A stretch of 63,160 bases of DNA, counting the filler, from an uncultured Synergistales bacterium (GTDB taxonomy: Bacteria; Synergistota; Synergistia; Synergistales; Aminobacteriaceae), in the NCBI GenBank assembly GCA_937897575.1. It is 4 parts of 4 records of this genome, joined end to end, with 100 filler letters (N's around TTAATTAATTAA, not from the genome) between each part and the next. Parts side by side here need not be neighbours in the genome. Positions count along the whole stretch, not along the records: positions 35,638 to 61,374 come from CALCQG010000148.1; positions 61,475 to 63,160 come from CALCQG010000154.1; 2 more parts are not named here. One strand, given 5' to 3'. The notes below the pieces were generated by a model that saw only the letters and a list, made by a program, of their open reading frames with translations, was not told where the DNA came from and ran no database searches. This document shows, one piece after another, positions 56,149 to 63,160 of the stretch (within the stretch, counting starts at the first letter, position 1; each line of letters starts with the position of its first letter). The translations under genes and the position numbers were made by a program.

Positions 56149-56680
56149 TTTGTACTCCTCTCCGGAGCAGTATGAGATCAAGCTGTAGGATAACTGAGCA
56201 ACTGGTTCATATATAATCTATTAATTCTCTTTTTTTGTCAATACCGTCCGACACCGGATGGGCGGAAGGAGGAGCGGCATGACGGCGCGGGGACAACGGG
56301 GTGCGTTGCAGGAGACGGACATTCCCCGGTCCTTTTCGGAGGGTAAAGTCCGGAGCGCGCTCAACAGCCCCGGGCCATGTCCTCGCCCGACGGGCGGGCC
56401 TTGTTTTCTACGGCGCTGTGACGGGGGGATACCCCGACGCGTCAGGCCGGATTGGTCGCCCCGGACGCGTCGGAAGCGGCGGGTACTTTGACAAGAGGGT
56501 CTTCACCCCTGGGAGATAGGGGGGCGGAGCCTCTGCCTGTCACCATCACCAACCAGAGAGTCCTCACTCCTGGGGGGTAGGGGCCAGCGCGCCGTGTTCC
56601 GCGCGATGGCCCGCCGTCGTCGTCGCGCTCGAGGTGACGGAGGGCACGCTGGGCGATACAAGACGCTGAACGGTTTGGAC

Positions 56681-56770
56681 AGGGTCTGGTTCAGTCTGGT
56701 TCGGTCTGGTTCGGTCTGGTTCGGTCTGGTTCGGTCTGGTTCGGTCCGGTCCGGTCTGATCCGGTCCGGT
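56681..56770. repeat. 10-bp tandem repeat (TCGGTCTGGT), about 9 units
   Basis: Four perfect units at 56701-56740 flanked by degenerate units. Confidence 0.92.
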
Positions 56771-56807
56771 TCAGCCCCGTCCGGCATGCCGGACGGGTCT
56801 GAACCGG
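56766..56807 (-). terminator. Long hairpin after the cyuA-like gene
   Basis: CCGGTTCAG-C-CCCGTCCGGC-AT-GCCGGACGGG-T-CTGAACCGG. Confidence 0.65.
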
Positions 56808-56826
56808 GAAGCGGGTGTTTCTTGAT

Positions 56827-58125
56827 TTATTGTGCGGGGTTCTTCCGTTCGTCCAGGATGTCCAGAACGGTCTCCTCGATCTCCCCCATATGGGCGGCGA
56901 CCTTCGAGGCGTTGGTGATGGTCTCCTCGATGTCCCGCCCCACCACGCCCTGCGCCTCGAGGGCGACACCTCTGGAGGCCATGACGGCCGCATGGTAGGC
57001 CTCCATGGCTCCCGTCCCGACCTTGAAGGCGCAGGACTCCTTGGCGCCGTCGCAGAGCATCCCGAGCAGGTTGGACACCACGGCTTGGACGGCCGCCTTT
57101 GCTTTGTCCGTATCCTCCGTCATGAGCCAGGTCATGCCGGCGGCGGCTCCGGCCCCCGCCGCGAAGGCGCAGCCGCAGGTCGAGCTGAGGCGCCCCGTGC
57201 GGCTCTTCACGTAGGCCGTGGCGAGGTGGCTCACGAGGAGGCCATGGGCGATCTTCTCGTCGCTCATCTTCTCATGCCGGCCGTAGAGCGCCACGGGGAT
57301 GATGGCCGTGATGCCGTGGTTTCCGCTCCCCGCGCTGCTCATGACGGGCATGGGGACGCCGCCCATCCGGGCGTCCGACGCGGCGGAGCTCCAGGCTTTT
57401 ATCCTCGTCCCGATGTCCGCCCGGCTTCTGTCCGGGTAGGCCTCCCGGATGGAGCGTCCCACACCGAGCCCCACGCCCTCTTCGAAGCCCCTCTCCGCTA
57501 TGGCGAGGTTCATCTCGACGCCCCGGAGGAGGAAGGCCTCATCCTCGGCGTCCATCTCGTCGGCGAGCTTCATGACGTCGTCCCAGGTCATGGAGGCCAC
57601 GGCCTCGGCGGCGGTGCATCCGCCGCTGCTCGTTGCCGCGCCGGCGTCGTACGTCACCGCGCCGTCCCGCGTCACCTCGACGATGTTCGAGTGGCTCTTC
57701 GCGATGGTACACGATGCCCTGTGCCCGCCGCCGAACACCTCGGCCCTCACGTAGACGCCGTGCACCGTTCTGTCCACGACGAGGGAGACCTTCCCCTCGT
57801 CGAGCAGCCTTTTCGCCTCGCCCACTGCGGCCGCACAGCTCTCCTTGAGCACCTCGAGCCCCCACTCGGACTTCCCCGAGACGAGGGCGAGGGCGGCGGC
57901 CACGTCGTTCCCTTTGAGGCCGTCCGTCCCCGGAATGCCGACGGTCGCGCCGTTCTTGAACACATTGGAGCTCAGCAGGACGTGGACTCTCTCGGGCTTC
58001 GCCCCGAGCTCCTCCCTGGCTCTCGCGACGGCCAGCGCCACGGCCACCGGCTCGGTGCACCCCAGAGCCGGCTTGACCTCCTCACGGAGAAACTGCTTCA
58101 GCGATATTTTCCCTGTACACCCCAC
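56827..58125 (-). CDS. L-cysteine desulfidase-like protein (CyuA/YhaM) 2
   Basis: PALGCTEP, SDARMGG, AGSGNHGI, RLSSTCGC and CDGAKESCAFK motifs. Confidence 0.88.
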   Translation of the reverse strand: MGCTGKISLKQFLREEVKPALGCTEPVAVALAVARAREELGAKPERVHVLLSSNVFKNGATVGIPGTDGLKGNDVAAALALVSGKSEWGLEVLKESCAAAVGEAKRLLDEGKVSLVVDRTVHGVYVRAEVFGGGHRASCTIAKSHSNIVEVTRDGAVTYDAGAATSSGGCTAAEAVASMTWDDVMKLADEMDAEDEAFLLRGVEMNLAIAERGFEEGVGLGVGRSIREAYPDRSRADIGTRIKAWSSAASDARMGGVPMPVMSSAGSGNHGITAIIPVALYGRHEKMSDEKIAHGLLVSHLATAYVKSRTGRLSSTCGCAFAAGAGAAAGMTWLMTEDTDKAKAAVQAVVSNLLGMLCDGAKESCAFKVGTGAMEAYHAAVMASRGVALEAQGVVGRDIEETITNASKVAAHMGEIEETVLDILDERKNPAQ

Positions 58126-58158
58126 GATACGGGATCCCCCCTTTTCCTCCTTGTGCCC

Positions 58159-59151
58159 CTACCTCTTCGTGGCGTAGACGCAGTCGCGTATGTGATAGAG
58201 GTACTTCTCCGGCGTCTTCGGATCCACCACGCACCCGGGACCGAGGATCACGCCCCGGTGGCCGCCCTGGGCCCACGCATGCTCCACTTCCTTCCCGATC
58301 TTCTCCTCGGCGTCCTTCTCAAGCAGCACCTTCAGGTGGCTCAGGCCCCCGAGGAAGCATTTGTCCGTCAGCTTCCGCGCCTCCTCCATGCTCGGACCGT
58401 CGTCCTGGTCGTGCCAGTTGAGCGCCTGCACGGGGTAGTCCGCGCACTCCTTGAACATGATCTGGGATCCGTGGATGTGCAGCACGTTGAACCACGTGAT
58501 GCCCTTCAGAGCCTCGAGTATCCGGAGGTCGTACTTCCGGACGAACCGCTCCTGCTCCTCGAGGGTGATCTTGTCGTAGCACGACATCTGCGTCGAGAGG
58601 AAGACGCCCTCCGCCCCACGCTTCATGCTCTCCGTCAGGTAGCCGATGGTGGCCTCCGTGATGACCTCGAGCCCCTTCTCCACCTTCTCGGGGTCCTCGC
58701 GCATGTGCTTGAGGAGAGCTCCCTCGCCGGCCATCTTCATGGCGTTCGTCAGGGGGCTGAAGGCCGTCTGGATGAGGGGGACGTCCTTCGGGATATCCAG
58801 CATGGCAAGCCGAAGCCCTTCGAGGGCGTGAAGGTATTCGCCGTCGGTGCCGCTGAAGCGGCGGAGCTTCGTCCAGTCATCGGCGCTGTGTATGGCGGGC
58901 TCCGCCGCCACGGTGGCGATGTCGAAGCCGGGGGTGAACTTGAGGTTCACGCCCCAGTCGATGGTGGCCAGCATGCCGTAGGGGGTGAACTTGATGAAGT
59001 CCAGGTCGTACTTCCTCTGGTACTCGAGGGACAGCTCCGCAAGCTTCCTCGGATGATGGTCAAGGTTCGGAAAGTGCCGCCAAAGGCTGAAGGGCAGCCG
59101 GTCCGTCTCTTTCTTCAGCAGCGCTGCCTGGATTCGTTCCCGTCGGTTCAA
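58159..59151 (-). CDS. Uroporphyrinogen decarboxylase/MtaA-fold protein 1 (function unknown)
   Basis: ERIQAAL...DRLPFSLWRHFP, QTAFSP, LHIHG, LNWHD and ILGPGC motifs. Confidence 0.8.
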   Translation of the reverse strand: MNRRERIQAALLKKETDRLPFSLWRHFPNLDHHPRKLAELSLEYQRKYDLDFIKFTPYGMLATIDWGVNLKFTPGFDIATVAAEPAIHSADDWTKLRRFSGTDGEYLHALEGLRLAMLDIPKDVPLIQTAFSPLTNAMKMAGEGALLKHMREDPEKVEKGLEVITEATIGYLTESMKRGAEGVFLSTQMSCYDKITLEEQERFVRKYDLRILEALKGITWFNVLHIHGSQIMFKECADYPVQALNWHDQDDGPSMEEARKLTDKCFLGGLSHLKVLLEKDAEEKIGKEVEHAWAQGGHRGVILGPGCVVDPKTPEKYLYHIRDCVYATKR

Positions 59152-59166
59152 TGTGCTCAGTCCTCC

Positions 59167-59937
59167 TTATACGATATGATCCCGTTTCCGGGCTTCGTCT
59201 TCAACTTCGCAATCCTGCCATGGAGCGATGTCCAGGCGTTTGAACAGGGACTGCCTCAGGGCCGTCCTGTCTTTTTCCCTCAGAGAGCGGATGAGCATGG
59301 CGTGCGCATCGATACCCTCCTTCATCTGCTCCGCCTGGTAGATCCACCGGTGGAGCGTGCACCGGATCTGATAGGAGATGTTGATCAGCATCTTCTTGGT
59401 CCAGAAGCACCCCTCCTTCGGGAGGGAGTACAGAAAGAGGTGGAAGTCCATCTCCCGCTCCGCGAACTCGAAGGACTTCGTCTCCTCGGGATCGTCGGAG
59501 CGAAGAATCTCCTCGAGCCGCCGGTTGAGCTCCTCCGCCCGGGCCAGCTCCTCCTCGCTCGGTCCCCCCCGGGAGAGGAGGAACTCGAAGAGGTTGTACT
59601 CGAGAAGGGTGCGGATCTTGTTGATCTCCCGGACCTCCTCCTCGAGGAAGTCCGCCACGAACCATCCCCGGTATTTCACGGCCACCACGAGCCCCTGCTC
59701 CTCGAGCTCCTTGAGGGCCTCCCGGATAGGGGCCCGGCTCAGCCCGAGGGTCCGGGCGAGCTCCCGCTCGTGTATCCGGTCCCCGCAGCACAGCGTCCTC
59801 TTCTGAAAGATCTGCTCCCGGACATATCGGTCCACCCGTTCCTTCAGCTTTTCACCCGAGTCCGCCGCGGGTCTCCGTGCCTTCACGATGCGGCTTCGTT
59901 CCGCTGCGTGATCCTCTTTGACATGGACGACGTTCAT
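59167..59937 (-). CDS. GntR family regulator
   Basis: ERELARTLGLSRAPIREALKEL...YRGWFV; FCD domain. Confidence 0.88.
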   Translation of the reverse strand: MNVVHVKEDHAAERSRIVKARRPAADSGEKLKERVDRYVREQIFQKRTLCCGDRIHERELARTLGLSRAPIREALKELEEQGLVVAVKYRGWFVADFLEEEVREINKIRTLLEYNLFEFLLSRGGPSEEELARAEELNRRLEEILRSDDPEETKSFEFAEREMDFHLFLYSLPKEGCFWTKKMLINISYQIRCTLHRWIYQAEQMKEGIDAHAMLIRSLREKDRTALRQSLFKRLDIAPWQDCEVEDEARKRDHIV

Positions 59938-60794
59938 TCGCCCACCTCCTCGAAGAGGGTGGATATCACGGAGAAATCCTCCCCCTCACAGGCCTTGCCC
60001 AGCATGAGGTAGAGCTGGTAGGCCAGGTTCGCCATGGGGAGTGGGAGATCTCCTCCCTCGCCCAGGCCGATGCGCATGTCCTTTTTCATCAGGGCGAGGG
60101 TGAAGTTCGGCGCGAAATCCCGCTTCGCCATCTTCATGAACTTCGATGCGAAGATGGGGGAAGCGCCGGTGCTCGCCGACACCACATGGTAGAGCTTCTC
60201 GAGGTCCACGCCGAGATGGCGGGCAAGCCGGAGCGCCTCCGAGACGATCACGGCGTTCGATCCGACGATGAGCTGGTTGACGGCCTTCACCGCCTTGCCG
60301 GCGCCGACGCCTCCCACATGGACGATCTTCGCCGCGAGCACCTCGAGGACGGGGCGGACCGTTTCGAGGGCATTCTCGGCCCCCCCGGCGATGACGGTGA
60401 GCGTTCCCTCCTCGGCCCCCTTGACGCCGCCGCTGACGGGCGCGTCCAACACGCGGAGACCCCGCCCGCCATATTCCGCCTCGATGGCCTCCATGGACCG
60501 CGGCGAGGCTGTGGACATCTCCACGAGGACGGCTCCCGGCGCCATGGCGTCCATCAGGGACGGCCGGAGGAGCAGCTCCTCCATCTGGCGGTCCCCCGGG
60601 AGGATGGCGATCAGGCAGTCCGCATCTCGGACCGCCGTCTCCGGGGCGTCATACAGCGTCGCGCCCATGCCCTGCAGCGCATGGGCCGGTTCAGGGTTCC
60701 GGTGGACCGTCACCCGCACCTCCTGTCCCGCCAGGACAAGCCGCTTCGCCATGGGGAATCCCATTTTCCCGGTTCCGAAAAAGGCTATGCGCAT
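59934..60794 (-). CDS. Beta-hydroxyacid dehydrogenase (3-hydroxyisobutyrate dehydrogenase / tartronate semialdehyde reductase family)
   Basis: GTGKMG, EMST, DAPVSGG, KAVNQ and LMKKD motifs. Confidence 0.9.
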   Translation of the reverse strand: MRIAFFGTGKMGFPMAKRLVLAGQEVRVTVHRNPEPAHALQGMGATLYDAPETAVRDADCLIAILPGDRQMEELLLRPSLMDAMAPGAVLVEMSTASPRSMEAIEAEYGGRGLRVLDAPVSGGVKGAEEGTLTVIAGGAENALETVRPVLEVLAAKIVHVGGVGAGKAVKAVNQLIVGSNAVIVSEALRLARHLGVDLEKLYHVVSASTGASPIFASKFMKMAKRDFAPNFTLALMKKDMRIGLGEGGDLPLPMANLAYQLYLMLGKACEGEDFSVISTLFEEVGE

Positions 60795-60863
60795 CGTGGT
60801 TCCCCCTTCTCCCGTCGCGCCCTCTGTAAAGTAGGGAGGGCGCGACACACCCTTTTCTCTACG

Positions 60864-61374
60864 CTACTTCTTCGCCGTCTCCAGGACCGTCCTGTGGACC
60901 AGCTCGAGGCGCTCCTCGGGCGTGGCGGGGTCGATGACGCACCCCGGAGCCAGGATGATCCCCTTGCCGCCCTCGTTGCGCTTCACCACTTCACGGACCT
61001 CGGCCACCACTTCGTCGTTCGTCTTCTTCAGCCAGTTCTTTCCCCAGCTCAGCCCGCCGATGAAGACCTTGTCGCTCACCTTCCGGAGCTCCTCCATGGA
61101 TGGGCCGTCGTCCCGGTCGTGCCAGTTGAAGGCCTGGACGGGGTAGTCCTGCATCTCCCGGATGTAGGTGTTCGCCCCGTGGAGGTGGAGCACGTTGAAC
61201 CATGTCCTGCCCTCCACGGCCTTCAGGATCTCGAGGTCGTACTTCCGGACGAACTCGTCGTGGGTCGGCAGGTCCAGGATATTGGACGTGGAGAGCTGGG
61301 ACGCGAAGAACAGGCCGTCGGCCCCCAGGGCGACCGTCGCCTTGGCGAACTGGATGGTGGCCTCGGTGATGATC
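60864..61374 (-). CDS. UroD/MtaA-fold protein 2, N-terminus cut by the gap
   Basis: The frame is open to the gap: IITEATIQFAKA...GADGLFFASQ...FVRKYDL...WFNVLHLHG...FNWHD...LAPGC. Paralogue of 58159-59151. Confidence 0.82.
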
Positions 61375-61474
61375 NNNNNNNNNNNNNNNNNNNNNNNNNN
61401 NNNNNNNNNNNNNNNNNNTTAATTAATTAANNNNNNNNNNNNNNNNNNNNNNNNNNNNNNNNNNNNNNNNNNNN
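61375..61474. other. Artificial contig spacer
   Basis: 44 N + TTAATTAATTAA + 44 N. Confidence 0.98.
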
Positions 61475-61475
61475 G

Positions 61476-61667
61476 GAGATCGTGGATATGCCAGACAGGC
61501 AGATAGATCTTTTCATCCGCTTCTGCCTACAGAATAACGGACGCCTGTCCGGACGAAAACGCGCCGATTACTTCGATTTCCTGTCGGACCGCGAGGTCGC
61601 CGCGCTTGAAGAAGCCGTTCAAACCTCCTTCGGGCGGAGCGCCGCGGAAGGTAAAGCAGAAAAGTGA
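61476..61667 (+). CDS. C-terminal fragment of a long Fic-family protein
   Basis: EIVDMPDRQIDLFIRFCLQNNGRLSGRKR..F..L.D.E matches the recalled tail of this family. Confidence 0.65.
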   Translation, partial: EIVDMPDRQIDLFIRFCLQNNGRLSGRKRADYFDFLSDREVAALEEAVQTSFGRSAAEGKAEK

Positions 61668-61994
61668 CGCGTTTTGGATTGAAGAAAGAAGGGTTCCCCG
61701 TGCTTGTCGCCGGTTATGAAAAGTTCCGCCACCGAAGAATCACCCCTCCGGGCAACCCTTGTTTTGCCATCCTGAAAACGAAAGAAATTGGAACCATTGC
61801 TTCTAAACAGGAAGATATTCGTGTGTTTTGACTGTCTGTTTATTGCGGGACATCACAAACCACAAGTACCCCGGCTCGTTAGCATGCATCAGATACTGCG
61901 ACGGCCGGGGCCTATTCCTTCGGGGGCATCTCATAACACCTGCCAAAGAATGGAAAAACCGCGTCTTACTACGAAGCGACGACCGCCGCGTCCG

Positions 61995-62471
61995 TTAATA
62001 GACGCCCTTCAGCCCATTCTCCCGCAGCACCGAGTCCAGACAGCCGACGTGATACATATTGTGCCCGCACAGCGACGTGAGAACGCTCACGTTGGTCAGC
62101 TCCATCTTCCGTCGCTCGGACATGCCGTCGTGCCTGGCGCCTAGTGCACCGTCTTCGAGAGCGGCGATCCAGGCGTCGGCATTCGCCTTCATCTCCCTGC
62201 CGTACTCGCGGATTTCATCCTTCGACGGAACTGTGTCGATCGTCTCGCTGAGCATGGCCACCGCCCTGCCGTACGGCTTCTCAGACAATTCGCTTCCTGC
62301 CGGGAGAAGAAATAAATCCACGCAGTAGAACGCATGATAAAGCTGCTGCCAGAAGAAGAACCCTCCGCCCTTCTTCCCCCAGAGTTCATCCGGACACTCG
62401 TCGATCAACCGGAAGAGAAAGCCCATTCCTCTCTCGTAGTAGGACTCTATCGGCGCTACCACATTTCGCAT
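61995..62471 (-). CDS. DinB superfamily protein
   Basis: CPDELW, WQQLYH and HNMYHVG His triad. Confidence 0.8.
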   Translation of the reverse strand: MRNVVAPIESYYERGMGFLFRLIDECPDELWGKKGGGFFFWQQLYHAFYCVDLFLLPAGSELSEKPYGRAVAMLSETIDTVPSKDEIREYGREMKANADAWIAALEDGALGARHDGMSERRKMELTNVSVLTSLCGHNMYHVGCLDSVLRENGLKGVY

Positions 62472-62679
62472 CTCAAATTCCTCCTCTTAATCGCACATAT
62501 TCGGCAGCCGGGGATTGATGCGGCTGACTCAAACGTATTATAATCCAAACAATCAGGCGTGCGAGGAAAAGAAAAATGGCTCAGGAGAAACTCAGAGAGG
62601 TCGCTCCTTTATAATTTGGGGGAGGGACAGCTGTTCAACCACTGCTTCCGTATTAAGAGACGTCCCCACGCCCCCGGCG

Positions 62680-63160
62680 CTACCGCCACTGCTCCAGGAA
62701 CGCCGTCATCCTCTCCAGTGCCTTTTCCACTATTTTCTCGCCCTTTTCCCTGCTTGCCGCGGTGGCGTCTCCCACCATGGCCGTATCGGTAAGGTCCGGG
62801 ATGGACCAGAAGACCTGGACGTCGGGAAAGTCGTTTGTTCTTTTGGGCTCCGTGCGGATGAGCCTGTCGGTCTTGACCAGGTCGGGCCTCAGGTACATGA
62901 AAAGGGATGTGCCCGCCTCGCTTGCGTGGCCGTGGGACATGATGCCGTCGGTATCCAGGATGTTCTCCTTCGTGCACAGGGGCTGAATGAACCTCCACCA
63001 GTCAAACAGGCAGCATTCGGCGCCGTGTTCGATTTTTAGCTTGGCCGCTACCTGGCTTATGGGCGCCACGTTGCCCACGTGGGGATTGAGGAAGCAGAAC
63101 CTCTTTATGCCGTGCTTCAGAAGGCTCATGCAGATGTCCTCAAAATAGTCCCTGAAGCTG
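62680..63160 (-). CDS. Creatininase family amidohydrolase (5' part beyond the window)
   Basis: NPHVGN, HGHASEAGTS and GDATAASREKG motifs. Confidence 0.85.
   Translation of the reverse strand, partial: SFRDYFEDICMSLLKHGIKRFCFLNPHVGNVAPISQVAAKLKIEHGAECCLFDWWRFIQPLCTKENILDTDGIMSHGHASEAGTSLFMYLRPDLVKTDRLIRTEPKRTNDFPDVQVFWSIPDLTDTAMVGDATAASREKGEKIVEKALERMTAFLEQWR

Noticed and set aside
56681..56770. CRISPR array or repeat-protein ORFs (RTEPD repeats)
   Set aside because: The 10-bp units have no spacers and no cas genes are present. The ORFs are by-products of the repeat.
56815..60012. 1065-aa plus-strand ORF
   Set aside because: Antisense shadow of cyuA/uroD/gntR. The same applies to 11639-14158, 37261-39453, 48254-49990 and 51585-53648.

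Overview
GC-rich bacterial DNA, most likely from an amino-acid-fermenting anaerobe such as Synergistota. This is inferred from outer-membrane TonB machinery occurring together with a T-box riboswitch, a selenoprotein reductase, IorAB and several TRAP systems. The window consists of four contigs joined by artificial 100-nt N/TTAATTAATTAA spacers (17168-17267, 35538-35637, 61375-61474). Contig A (1-17167) carries a fused Fe-S serine dehydratase missed by the ORF track, a GT4 glycosyltransferase, a possible degraded islet at tRNA-Ser(UGA), a TRAP/OCD locus, iorAB and lepB-ylqF-rnhB-yraN-yifB. Contig B (17268-35537) carries a cobalamin-riboswitch operon btuF-btuD-btuC-cbiR-exbB-exbD-tonB facing a TonB-dependent receptor, a T-box-led asd with an in-frame TAG, IclR-hutU-hutD and housekeeping enzymes. 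Contig C (35638-61374) is the most interesting. It holds a ~20 kb catabolic island in which four opine (octopine/nopaline) dehydrogenase paralogues, two OCD/mu-crystallin paralogues, three FadR paralogues, a TRAP transporter and Ser/Cys dehydratases surround a selenocysteine reductase component B (grdE-grdB-grdX) with a variant UxxGxxC motif. This is a candidate undescribed opine / N-carboxyalkyl-amino-acid Stickland pathway. An operon with two non-canonical UroD-fold proteins follows it. Contig D holds a Fic fragment, a DinB protein and a creatininase. All functional calls come from motif recognition by eye; no database search was run.
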